Below the pieces are notes generated by a model. It saw only the letters and a list, made by a program, of their open reading frames with translations. It was not told the origin of the DNA and did not search any database. A program made the position numbers and the translations under genes. Below, in pieces: positions 11,670 through 20,652 of a stretch of DNA of 64,000 nt. Source of the stretch: Anaerolineae bacterium (GTDB lineage Bacteria; Chloroflexota; Anaerolineae; S140-20); contig JALUTT010000056.1 in NCBI GenBank assembly GCA_027021705.1, positions 64,001 through 128,000 of the forward strand, in the 5' to 3' direction. Positions within the stretch are counted from its first letter, which is position 1. Each line of letters starts with the position of its first letter.

Positions 11670-13229
11670 TCACTCCTCCATGCCAATGCGCTGACGGTAG
11701 GCCTCCAGCCCCGGGATGGGGAGACGGACGTAGCCCCCACCGGCCCCCAGGAAGTGGCACTCGATCTGACAGGCCAGGCATTCGGTGCAGCCTCCCCGCT
11801 TCGCCTCCTCTTCGCTGATGTTGAGGACCGGCAGCCCCTCCTCGTTAAGGGTCAGGATCTGGGGAACGCAGGTCTCGACGCAGACCTTGCTCTCGCAGGT
11901 AGCGCAGACGGCGTGGTCCAGGATCACCGTCCCCCCCGTCACCGTCTCGAAGCGGTAGGGCTTCCGGGGCTCCGGTGGGCGGAAGCCCTGGGGTTTCTCG
12001 GCCGGTGGCCGATAGCTCTTGATGAGCGCCTCCAGCCGCTCAGCACAGAAATCGGCGGAGTCATCCTTGCCGTAGGCCTCCAGGGGGGCCGGGAGTTCCG
12101 GCGCGGCTCGCTGAAGGATCTCGATGGCCTTCTCCTCGGCGTTCCCCCCCAGCCGGATGACGGCCGGCACGGTCAGGGGCTCCTCCAGGAAGGCCTTGAC
12201 CAGCCCTCGGGCCGAGTGGAACTGCTCCTGAGAGGCGACACCGGAGCCGGAGGCGAAGTAGCCGTCAATCCCCGGCTGGCTGAGGATGATCTTGGCCGCC
12301 CGATAGACCTTGCTGGCCGGCGGGTTGCCGCTGGTGTCCACGAAGTTGGCCAGCTTGTAGCCTCGGCGCAGCAGGGCATCCATGCTCATCATCGAGCCGC
12401 CGCCACCCGCGCCGTGGAAGCCGATGTAACCCTCCCCCTTGGCGAAGCCTTGGGCCATCTGGATGAAGTAGAAGGTGCCCCGATAGTCGCCCTCCTCGAC
12501 CTTGTAAGCGATCCGCTCCAGCTCCGTGGGGGGGCGGTCCAGCTCCCGGGCGAAGTCAATCCCCAACTCCGGGTGGCGGAAGACGGCGTAGTCGTCCACG
12601 GTAATGCGGCAGTCGGCGGCCACCAGCTTGCCCTCCTTCGTCAGGACGAGGGGGTTGATCTCGGCGGCGCGGGCCTCGTAGGTGCGGGCCACCTCGTAGA
12701 GGCGGGCGAGCACATTGCCCACCTGCAACTGCAGCTTGCCGTGGATACCCGTTCGGCGGACCAGGTTGCGGGCCTGATAGTCCCGCAGGCCGTGCTCAAT
12801 GTCCACGACGAAGCGGGCCACCCGGTCGGGATGGGCCTGGGCGATCTCCTCGATGCCCGTCCCGCCGACGCTGGAGAAGATGACGACGGGGGCAGCGTTT
12901 CGGTCGTCCACGATGAGGCCGGCGTAGAACTCCTGGGCGATCTCCAGCCGCTCCTCAACGAGCACCTGTTCCACGGTGAAGTTGCCGATCTGCATCCCCA
13001 GGATGGCCTTGGCCGCCTGGGCAGCCTCGTCGGGGCTCTCGGCGAAGCGGATCGCCCCCCGGTCGGCCCGGCCCGTCACCCAGACCTGGGCCTTGACGAC
13101 CACCGGCCCTCCGATCTCCTCGGCGACCTGGCGGGCCTCCTCCGGCGTCGTCGCCACCCGTCCCCGAGGGATGGGGATCCGGTGCTGGCTCAACAACGCT
13201 TTGCCTTGGTGTTCGTGGATGCGGGTCAT
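11670..13229 (-). CDS. Succinyl-CoA synthetase beta-like subunit (ATP-grasp) with C-terminal ferredoxin-like domain
   Basis: HEHQGK, VVKAQV, EINPL, ANFVD.SG and IRLGG motifs; C-terminal CATCESKVCVETC...CTECLACQIEC. ATG at 13229 after AGGAGG. Confidence 0.88.
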   Translation of the reverse strand: MTRIHEHQGKALLSQHRIPIPRGRVATTPEEARQVAEEIGGPVVVKAQVWVTGRADRGAIRFAESPDEAAQAAKAILGMQIGNFTVEQVLVEERLEIAQEFYAGLIVDDRNAAPVVIFSSVGGTGIEEIAQAHPDRVARFVVDIEHGLRDYQARNLVRRTGIHGKLQLQVGNVLARLYEVARTYEARAAEINPLVLTKEGKLVAADCRITVDDYAVFRHPELGIDFARELDRPPTELERIAYKVEEGDYRGTFYFIQMAQGFAKGEGYIGFHGAGGGGSMMSMDALLRRGYKLANFVDTSGNPPASKVYRAAKIILSQPGIDGYFASGSGVASQEQFHSARGLVKAFLEEPLTVPAVIRLGGNAEEKAIEILQRAAPELPAPLEAYGKDDSADFCAERLEALIKSYRPPAEKPQGFRPPEPRKPYRFETVTGGTVILDHAVCATCESKVCVETCVPQILTLNEEGLPVLNISEEEAKRGGCTECLACQIECHFLGAGGGYVRLPIPGLEAYRQRIGMEE

Positions 13230-13246
13230 AGCGCCTCCTGACACGT

Positions 13247-13275
13247 TTGCAAATTGTGAGGTTTGTTGATATACT
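13247..13275 (+). promoter_or_regulatory. Promoter for the IMPase/CysQ gene
   Basis: TTGCAA-17bp-TATACT. Confidence 0.55.
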
Positions 13276-13326
13276 ACCGTTCCTCAAGATCATCGCGATT
13301 CACGAAACACGAAGAGGATCCCTCCT

Positions 13327-14157
13327 ATGACCGTTATCTCCCGTCCCCCTGAACTCTCCGTTGCCCTGGCAGCGGCCCGAGAGGCCGGCCAGGCCATCCG
13401 TCGCTACTACCGCAATGCCTACGAGGTCGAGGACAAGAGCCCTGACAACCCTATCACCGATGCGGACCGGGAGGCGGACCGAATCCTGCGGGAGCGGATC
13501 ACAGCGGCTTTTCCCGGGGATGGCTGGCTCTCCGAGGAGACGCGGGATAACCCAGCCCGCCTCTCGAAGGAGCGGGTCTGGATCGTGGACCCGCTGGATG
13601 GGACGAAGGATTTCATCGGTGGCATCCCCGAATTCGCCCTCTCCATCGCCCTGTGGGCAGCGGGGGAGATCGTCCTGGGTGTCACCCACAACCCGGCCAC
13701 CGGCGAACTCTTCTACGCACTGCGAGGTGAAGGAGCCTGGCAGGTGGGGGGTGGGGCCGACGGTCAGCGCCGTCTCCAGGTGACCTCCCGAGGTCGGCTG
13801 GAAGGGTGCCGGGTGCTGGCCAGCCGTTCCGAATATGGCCGGGGGGAGTTTGAGGGCTTCATCGTGCCTCTGGAGATCGTCCCGACCGGGAGCATCGCCT
13901 ACAAGCTGGCGCTGGTGGCGGCCGGTCGGGCCGACGCCACCTGGAGCCAGGGTCCCAAGAGCGAGTGGGACATCGCTGCCGGCGTCCTGTTGGTCACCGA
14001 GGCCGGCGGACAGGTGACCGACCTGGACGGAGCACCCCACCGCTTCAACCAGCTCCAACCGGCGGTCAACGGCATCGTCGCTACCAATGGGCACCTCCAC
14101 GCAGCGGTAATGGCCCTGCTGGAGACCCACCCTGTCGAGCGGGAGGGCTGGCGTTAA
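13327..14157 (+). CDS. Inositol monophosphatase / CysQ (PAP phosphatase) family protein
   Basis: LSEE, WIVDPLDGTKDF and WDIAAG motifs. Confidence 0.92.
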   Translation: MTVISRPPELSVALAAAREAGQAIRRYYRNAYEVEDKSPDNPITDADREADRILRERITAAFPGDGWLSEETRDNPARLSKERVWIVDPLDGTKDFIGGIPEFALSIALWAAGEIVLGVTHNPATGELFYALRGEGAWQVGGGADGQRRLQVTSRGRLEGCRVLASRSEYGRGEFEGFIVPLEIVPTGSIAYKLALVAAGRADATWSQGPKSEWDIAAGVLLVTEAGGQVTDLDGAPHRFNQLQPAVNGIVATNGHLHAAVMALLETHPVEREGWR

Positions 14158-14158
14158 G

Positions 14159-15316
14159 CTACCCTGTGGGAAGGGGCTCCAGCACCCTGAAGGTGCCACC
14201 ACCCAGGTAGGCATCATCCACGTAGAGGGCCCACTCCCACTGACCGGAAGGGATGCCGTCCTCGTACTGAAGGTAGATGTAGGTGCGTCCGGCTGGGGTC
14301 GGCTCGTTCCAACCGACCACCCCGGAGACCTCAGGCTCCCCGTCCAGCAGCCAGACCGAGTAGACCTCGCGGACCTCTTCAAAACCGCTGTAGTCGAAAG
14401 AAGCGTAGATCCCTGTGGTGCCGGCCGGGAAGGTGGTGGCCGGTTCGATGGGCTGGGAATCGGACGTCACATCGCGGGAGAAGGCCACGTTGGCGATGGC
14501 TGGACCAGCCGTTGCCTCAGTCGGGGGCCGACGCACCACCAGGTTGTCGAAGCGAATCCGCGTACCCTCAGGCTGATAGGCCGAGACGATCAGTCCGACC
14601 TCCCCCTCGGACGGCCCATCGCCGGCGACATCGGCGACCAACGTGTCGTCCACGTAGAGCCGAAACCGATTCCCCACGCAGTCGGCCCGCAGATGGTGCT
14701 GGGTAGGCACCGGATCCCAATCCACCGCCTCGGCCCAGTCCGCCAGGGGGATGCTCTCCCCTGCCTTCTGCTGCTCAACCAGCGAGTAGCCGTCGGAGCT
14801 GATCACCAGCCGGACGAAGTTGTCAATATCCTGGTAGCGACAGACAATGCCGAAAGCGTTGTCGGCGCTGCCGCCCAGCCATCGGGCGTCCACCTCCACC
14901 ACCACATCGTCAAAGGTGGCCTCGTAGGAACTGACCTGCACCCACCCTTCGGCATCCTCGGGCAGTTCCAAGATCTCGATGATGTACCCCCCGTCCTCGT
15001 ACCCCCGCCGACTGATCTCGTCGCCGTCGTCAGGCCAGCCGCTGGTCGGATCCGAGAAGTCGTCCTGAAGGAGGACCTCGGACCCCATCTCAAGAGGTGG
15101 GGAGGGGGAGGGCTGAGGGGAAGGCGGCGAGGATTCCAGGGTGGCCGGCGGTGGGGTGGGTAGGATCACCCTGGCCCGCGTCGGCGTTGGGAAGAGGGTG
15201 GGCGCAGCCGTTGGTGTAGGCGTTGCCCGTCCAAAGGAGAGGCTACAGGCCAGCGTCGCCAGCGCCATCATGGCAACCGCCAGCGAGATGGCGGGAGAAC
15301 CTTGCTTCGCTTGCAT
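14159..15316 (-). CDS. Putative lipoprotein with Pro/Thr linker and lectin/ConA-like (DUF1080-like) domain
   Basis: Lipobox-like ATLAC, PT-rich linker and a DDFSDPTSGW...FDNL beta-sandwich pattern. ATG at 15316 after GGAGAG. Confidence 0.7.
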   Translation of the reverse strand: MQAKQGSPAISLAVAMMALATLACSLSFGRATPTPTAAPTLFPTPTRARVILPTPPPATLESSPPSPQPSPSPPLEMGSEVLLQDDFSDPTSGWPDDGDEISRRGYEDGGYIIEILELPEDAEGWVQVSSYEATFDDVVVEVDARWLGGSADNAFGIVCRYQDIDNFVRLVISSDGYSLVEQQKAGESIPLADWAEAVDWDPVPTQHHLRADCVGNRFRLYVDDTLVADVAGDGPSEGEVGLIVSAYQPEGTRIRFDNLVVRRPPTEATAGPAIANVAFSRDVTSDSQPIEPATTFPAGTTGIYASFDYSGFEEVREVYSVWLLDGEPEVSGVVGWNEPTPAGRTYIYLQYEDGIPSGQWEWALYVDDAYLGGGTFRVLEPLPTG

Positions 15317-15380
15317 ATCGGTCTCTCCGTGGCGCACAACATGCAGTCCGTGACGGATGGCCCAGGACAGGTCCGCCGGG

Positions 15381-15409
15381 ATTCTAACACAACCCTCCCT
15401 CCCGGTCAA
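15381..15409 (-). promoter_or_regulatory. sigma70 promoter adjacent to MITE copy 1
   Basis: Minus strand TTGACC (15409-15404), 17-bp spacer, TAGAAT (15386-15381). Confidence 0.7.
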
Positions 15410-15419
15410 CGCAGGGGGT

Positions 15420-15531
15420 CGGTGATTACCCCATCGCCCTGCCAATCCATTGACAGCAGTCCGCTATGGGACTCAACGTGCCCTCTTCCCGGACGGCCAA
15501 TCCCCCTATCCCCGAGGTCCGGGTAATCACC
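15420..15531. mobile_element. MITE-like element, copy 1 (short, diverged)
   Basis: Terminal inverted repeats CGGTGATTACCC...GGGTAATCACC. The right portion resembles the B end of the 155-bp copies. Confidence 0.7.
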
Positions 15532-15541
15532 TGGCTATTCT

Positions 15542-15678
15542 GCGGAGATAGGGAGACCAGCCGTCCACGAAGGGGGCACGAATACACGAATTAAGGACCG
15601 CCTCATTCGTGCATTGGTGAGAAATTCGTGGACGGCCTGCTACAGACCACTCTCTCGCTCACTTATGGGTAATCACCA
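15542..15678. mobile_element. MITE-like element, copy 2 (one TIR missing)
   Basis: Near-identical reverse complement of the 20461 copy, ending in TGGGTAATCACC at 15677. Confidence 0.85.
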
Positions 15679-15690
15679 TGCTGTTCTTCC

Positions 15691-15719
15691 TTGCCGGGAT
15701 GGGGATAGGCGGGTATAAT
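15691..15719 (+). promoter_or_regulatory. sigma70 promoter adjacent to MITE copy 2
   Basis: TTGCCG-17bp-TATAAT. Confidence 0.75.
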
Positions 15720-15937
15720 GAGGCTTAACTGCTAGCGCCTCCCGGCGGCTGGAAGCCGCCGCTATGAGTAGCGAAGCCGCCCCTCGGCAGCTCCTGACCC
15801 TGCCGGATCAGGAGTCTGACGAAGGCCCGGCCTTGCCTCCTGAAGCCCGCGGCTTCCGTCGCAGGGGACAGAAGCGGAAAGTGTCGGAGGATCAAGGGAG
15901 AGGCCAGCAAGCTGTCAGGTACTCGGAAGGAGAGAGC

Positions 15938-17062
15938 ATGGAACTGGACGTAGGAATGTGGCACGCTGGTGGACCGGCCTGGCCGGTGGGAGAGCCGCTC
16001 ATTCTGCTCCAATTGCGCGAGACAGTGGCCGACCTGATGACCATCGAGCGAGTCGAAGTGTTGCACCCCCCGGCCCAGGTCGTCCGCTTCCGGGGTCGCT
16101 TGATGGGAGACCCGGAGAGGATCTTTCAGCGCTTACTCCAGCGTTTCGAGGCGTTAGGATACACGCCGACGCTGGCCCGCGAGGGGACCCAGGACCTGAT
16201 CACGGCCCACCAAGGGGTGGTCCGTCCCCGCCCCGCCAGGACCTGGATCAACGCCCTTCTCTTCGTGGCGACCATCCTGACCACCCTCTACGCCGGCGCC
16301 GCCCAGCAGGGCGTTGACCTGCTGCGGGAGCCAGGCCAGTGGACAACGGGCCTCCCCTTTGCCCTCACCCTGCTGGTCATCCTGGGCACCCACGAGTTCG
16401 GCCACTACTTTGCGGCCCGCTACCACCGAGCCGCCGTCACCCTGCCCTACTTCATCCCAATGCCCTTCAACTTCCTGGGGACGATGGGAGCCTTCATCCA
16501 GCTCCGCTCGCCCATTAAGGACCGCAAGTCTCTCTTCGACATTGGCGTGGCCGGGCCACTGGCCGGTCTGGCCGTCGCCATCCCGCTGCTCCTCTACGGC
16601 CTGAGCATCTCCCCCGTGGGTCCCATTGGGCCGGGCCTGCTGGAGGGCAATTCCCTGCTCTACCTGGCCCTGAAGTACCTGGTCCACGGGCGAATCCTGC
16701 CCGGCAACGGCCTGGACGTCTGGCTCGATCCCATCGCCTTCGCCGCCTGGTTTGGGCTGTTGGTCACCTGCTTCAACCTGCTCCCCATCGGCCAACTCGA
16801 CGGCGGTCACATCGCCTACGCCCTCTGGGGACGCCGAGCCTGGACCATCGCCTCCCTCTCCATCATCATGCTCTTCGCCCTCTCCTTCTTGTGGATGGGC
16901 TGGCTGACCTGGGCGCTCCTGGTCTTCTTCCTAGGGCTGCGCCATCCGCCCCCGCTGAACGACCTAACCCCCTTAGATGGGAAGCGGCGGGCCGTGGGCA
17001 TCGCCACGGTGATCCTCTTCTTCCTGGTCTTCACCCCGGTGCCTCTCCAGGCCATCCCGTGA
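15938..17062 (+). CDS. Site-2 protease (peptidase M50) family membrane metalloprotease
   Basis: HEFGH, AGPLAG and NLLPIGQLDGGH. ATG at 15938 after AAGGAG. Confidence 0.92.
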   Translation: MELDVGMWHAGGPAWPVGEPLILLQLRETVADLMTIERVEVLHPPAQVVRFRGRLMGDPERIFQRLLQRFEALGYTPTLAREGTQDLITAHQGVVRPRPARTWINALLFVATILTTLYAGAAQQGVDLLREPGQWTTGLPFALTLLVILGTHEFGHYFAARYHRAAVTLPYFIPMPFNFLGTMGAFIQLRSPIKDRKSLFDIGVAGPLAGLAVAIPLLLYGLSISPVGPIGPGLLEGNSLLYLALKYLVHGRILPGNGLDVWLDPIAFAAWFGLLVTCFNLLPIGQLDGGHIAYALWGRRAWTIASLSIIMLFALSFLWMGWLTWALLVFFLGLRHPPPLNDLTPLDGKRRAVGIATVILFFLVFTPVPLQAIP

Positions 17063-17064
17063 GC

Positions 17065-19491
17065 ATGCCAATGGGACGAGTTGTGCGCTTCACCCGGCTG
17101 TGGGCTCCTCTGCTGTTCGCTTTGCTCTCCCTGAGCCTGGTCCACCGGCTCCTAGATGGCACATCCTCGGCGATGGAGGAGGCCAAACCGGTCCTCTCCG
17201 CTTCCCCATCACTGCAGGGAGGAAAGGTCCAGCCGGCGTCCGTCAAGACCCTCGGCTCCGGTCAGGCCCTCTTCCCGCCCTACGGCAACGACCGGGACCG
17301 CTTTGGCTTCGATGCTGGCGCCAACCTGAGCCGCTTCGATGTGAGCCTGCTCAAGGCCGGCTGGTACAGCAATTGGTGGTACAACCTCGATCCACGCCAT
17401 CCTGACCGTCTCACCTACGTCCAGATGATCCGTCTCCGCGCCGGTGCGGATCCCTATGACCCGACCCAGGTCGCCATCACGCCGGACCTGGCGACCATTG
17501 CCCAGATCGCTCAAACCCACCCCGGCTCCCTCTGGCTGTTGGGCAACGAGCCCGATTCCCTCTACCAGGGCGAGCCCATCTACCCCGAGGTCTACGCCGT
17601 CGTCTACCACAATCTCTACTACTACATCAAGGGGGCAGACCCCACCGCCATCATCGCCAATGGAGGCATCGTTCAGCCGACCCCCTGCCGGATGGAGTAC
17701 CTGGACATCGTCTGGGAGACCTACCAGCAGACCTACGAGGAGCCGATGCCTGTGGATGTCTGGAACATCCACGCCTTCATCCTGCGGGAGGTCTACGGAA
17801 GCTGGGGGGCGAGCACTCCGCCCGGTGTGGACCCCAGTTGTGGCATAGACTACAAGATCCGGGAAGGAGATGACATCAACATCTTCCGTGCCAACCTCAT
17901 CGCCTTCCGCCAGTGGATGAAGGACAAAGGCCAGCAGAACAAGCCCCTCATCATCAGCGAGTACGGCATCCTTTGGCCCGACTGGCTGAAGGACGAGGAT
18001 GGGCGGGGATGGCCCCCGGAGCGGGTCAGCCGCTTTATGACCCGGACCTTCGACCTCTTCCTGAACGAGACCTACCCCGACGTAGGCTATCCGGCGGACG
18101 GCTACCGGTTGGTGCAGGCCTGGGCCTGGTATAGCCTCTCCGACGACCAGCAGTACAACGGCTATCTCTTCCGCAGCGACAGCTATGAGATCTCGCCGAT
18201 GGGGCAGACCTACGCCACCTACACCGCCGCTCTGTCCGACACCCCTCAGGCCGACCTGACGGTGCGGCTCTCGGTGCTGCGGGAGGGAGCGCTACGCCAC
18301 TGGGCAGCCCAGCAGCCCTCAAACACGCTGACGGTAACGCTGGAGCTGACGGGAGAAGTGGCGAACTTGGGGAAGCTGACCGCCACCAACATGAGCCTCT
18401 ACTTCGCGCCCGTCCGTTACGAGGCAACGGGAACGGTGGCGCTACCTTTCTCCACCACGCCGGTCACCGTGCCGCCCCGCTACGACGGCGTACTGGCCTG
18501 GCCCCTCTCCCTCACCTTGCAACCCCGCTACCGCTACGACCTGACCTTCCAGGCCGACCCCACCGATCAGGTAGAGGAACCACGCGAGTGGAACAACGCC
18601 GTCACCGTCACGCTGGACCTCCGGGCGGACCTGTGGCTGCGCCAGATGAGCTATGCACTGAGGGATCCCATTGGCGGACCGGGCGCTCTGACGGCCACAC
18701 TGGTGCTGACCAATGGGGGGGATTGGTGGGCAGAGCCAACCCACCTGGGCCTCGTCCTACGGGGCGAGACGGGCACGCTGCTGACCGGCCAACTAGTCTC
18801 CCAGCCCTGGTTGGCCCCCGCTCAGGGCGTAACGCTGACGGGGGTCATCAGCCGGCCGGCTCCCGGCGGTGACTTCTACCTCCTCTCCGCCGAGGTAGAT
18901 ACCTCCGATACCATCCCTGAGCAAGATGAAGGGAACAACCTCATCACGATCCCCATCCCCGTCGTCCTGACGACCACCCTCTTCCCCACCCAGACGGTCG
19001 TCCTCACGTCGGCGAGCGGCGATCTGGCCTTCGTCCTCCCGGCGGGCCTGGTGTCGCAAACATCCGTCGTGACCTACACCCCCTACTGGCTGAGCGACCT
19101 GGAGGCCACACCCTTCCACGCCGCCACAGCCTTCTCGCTGACGCTGGACAGGCCCTTGATGCCGGGGCAGGTCATCTCGTTGACCTGGCGCTACCGCGAC
19201 GAGGACCTGGCAGGCTACCCCGAGGAGCGGTTGACCCTGTACAGGCGGGCAGGAGGAACCTGGCAGCAGGCCGCCTGTGCCCCCTACCAGCGCCAGCCGG
19301 GGGTCAATCGCCTGACCGTGGGACTCTGTCAGACCGGCTTCTTCGCGCTGGGACCCGGTTACACCATCCTTGTGCCCATCGTGGCCCGAGAAGGGGTGGG
19401 GAGCACAGCGTCAGGAGCACTCCTTGGGGAGTCCGTGGGGAGAGCAGAGCGAGGGCAGCGCATCGGCCCCCTGCTGTTGCCCGATCGGTGA
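17065..19491 (+). CDS. Secreted glycoside hydrolase (clan GH-A-like TIM barrel) with CARDB/Ig-like domains
   Basis: Signal peptide, acid/base LGNEPD and nucleophile IISEYG, two CARDB-like ends (E..E.NN), and a C-terminal TILVPIVAR tail. Confidence 0.75.
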   Translation: MPMGRVVRFTRLWAPLLFALLSLSLVHRLLDGTSSAMEEAKPVLSASPSLQGGKVQPASVKTLGSGQALFPPYGNDRDRFGFDAGANLSRFDVSLLKAGWYSNWWYNLDPRHPDRLTYVQMIRLRAGADPYDPTQVAITPDLATIAQIAQTHPGSLWLLGNEPDSLYQGEPIYPEVYAVVYHNLYYYIKGADPTAIIANGGIVQPTPCRMEYLDIVWETYQQTYEEPMPVDVWNIHAFILREVYGSWGASTPPGVDPSCGIDYKIREGDDINIFRANLIAFRQWMKDKGQQNKPLIISEYGILWPDWLKDEDGRGWPPERVSRFMTRTFDLFLNETYPDVGYPADGYRLVQAWAWYSLSDDQQYNGYLFRSDSYEISPMGQTYATYTAALSDTPQADLTVRLSVLREGALRHWAAQQPSNTLTVTLELTGEVANLGKLTATNMSLYFAPVRYEATGTVALPFSTTPVTVPPRYDGVLAWPLSLTLQPRYRYDLTFQADPTDQVEEPREWNNAVTVTLDLRADLWLRQMSYALRDPIGGPGALTATLVLTNGGDWWAEPTHLGLVLRGETGTLLTGQLVSQPWLAPAQGVTLTGVISRPAPGGDFYLLSAEVDTSDTIPEQDEGNNLITIPIPVVLTTTLFPTQTVVLTSASGDLAFVLPAGLVSQTSVVTYTPYWLSDLEATPFHAATAFSLTLDRPLMPGQVISLTWRYRDEDLAGYPEERLTLYRRAGGTWQQAACAPYQRQPGVNRLTVGLCQTGFFALGPGYTILVPIVAREGVGSTASGALLGESVGRAERGQRIGPLLLPDR

Positions 19492-19520
19492 GTCGGTGAG
19501 GAGGCATCAGGAGGAAAAGG

Positions 19521-19985
19521 ATGAGCACGATTCAAGGGGTCGAGTTCAAAGAACTGGTCACCCACACCGATGAGCGCGGCTTTTTCCGCGAGGTCCTCCG
19601 GGCTTCGGATCCCATCCTGCGCGAGGGGTTCGCCCAGTGGAGCCACACGATGTCTTATACCGGCGTGGCCAAGGCATGGCACATCCACCGGAAGCAGACC
19701 GATTGGTGGTACGTGCCGGTGGGAACGATCAAAGTGGCCCTCTACGATGCCCGGCCCGACTCTCCGACGCGGGGACAGTTGATGGAGTTCCTAATGGGGG
19801 AGCGCCACGGGGCAAAAGTTCTGAAGATCCCACCCGGCGTCGCCCACGGTTACCGGGTGCTGGAGGGGCCGGCTCACGTCTTCTACTTCGTCTCCCACGA
19901 GTACGACGGGACCGACGAAGGGCGTATCCCTCACGACGACCCGGAGATCGGTTACGACTGGACTGCCGGCCCTCCGATCCGCTGA
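19521..19985 (+). CDS. dTDP-4-dehydrorhamnose 3,5-epimerase (RmlC-like cupin)
   Basis: DERGFFRE, KAWHIHRKQTD and IPPGVAHGY. Confidence 0.88.
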   Translation: MSTIQGVEFKELVTHTDERGFFREVLRASDPILREGFAQWSHTMSYTGVAKAWHIHRKQTDWWYVPVGTIKVALYDARPDSPTRGQLMEFLMGERHGAKVLKIPPGVAHGYRVLEGPAHVFYFVSHEYDGTDEGRIPHDDPEIGYDWTAGPPIR

Positions 19986-20036
19986 GGCGATCCGCAGGTC
20001 TTCCAAAAGGTGGCTTCGGGGGAGATGAGGCTGCTC

Positions 20037-20288
20037 TCAATGCCTCGTCGCCCGGCTGGACCGGAGCTGGACCTGATACCGGTCCAGCAGGGTCCCTAGG
20101 AGGCGACGGACCTGGCGCTCATCCAGGTGGGTCTGGAAGATGAACTGCCAGTAGGGGGGCGACCAGCGCGTGTATCCGCACAGTCCGTACTCCTGGAGCA
20201 CCGCCTGAACGGCGATACAGCCGTTCTGGTCACCAACTCCCTTGACTTCGTAAGCATGGGTAGCCTCAATCCAGGAAATGCTGTTCAT
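20037..20288 (-). CDS. Small hypothetical protein
   Basis: 83-aa ORF with a GGGAG RBS, downstream of its own promoter (20420-20448). Confidence 0.6.
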   Translation of the reverse strand: MNSISWIEATHAYEVKGVGDQNGCIAVQAVLQEYGLCGYTRWSPPYWQFIFQTHLDERQVRRLLGTLLDRYQVQLRSSRATRH

Positions 20289-20419
20289 GTTCACTCCCGG
20301 CATTGCAAGAGAACCCGCTGCGTACCCTGGCAGACAACCCCCACAGCCGGCAAGGCTATCGGCCTGCCTCCGGAGGAGATAGAGCGGGGCTCTGAAGAGA
20401 TCCCGCGCCTTTACAGGAT

Positions 20420-20448
20420 ATGATAGCGCAAACCATCCACTACGTCAA
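20420..20448 (-). promoter_or_regulatory. sigma70 promoter adjacent to MITE copy 3
   Basis: Minus strand TTGACG-17bp-TATCAT. Confidence 0.7.
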
Positions 20449-20460
20449 GGGCGGTGCACG

Positions 20461-20615
20461 CGGTGATTACCCACAAGTGAGCGAGAGCGTGGTCCGTAGC
20501 AGGCCGTCCACGAATTTCTCACCAATGCACGAATGAGGCGGTCCTTAATTCGTGTATTCGTGCCCCCTTCGTGGACGGCCAGCCTCCCTATCTCCAAAGA
20601 TATGGGTAATCACCG
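20461..20615. mobile_element. MITE-like element, copy 3 (155 bp, complete)
   Basis: 13-bp TIR CGGTGATTACCCA; internal IR GGCCGTCCACGAA/TTCGTGGACGGCC; flanking 10-bp direct repeat GCGGTGCACG / CCGGTGCACG. Confidence 0.9.
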
Positions 20616-20652
20616 CCGGTGCACGCCGTTTTTTGCTTCGTCTGTTCGCGGA

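Noticed and set aside
13254..13271. Rex operator (TTGTGA...)
   Set aside because: Only the left half-site matches.
15816..15840. Hammerhead ribozyme core (CTGACGA)
   Set aside because: There is no GAAA after the following stem and no complete three-stem arrangement.
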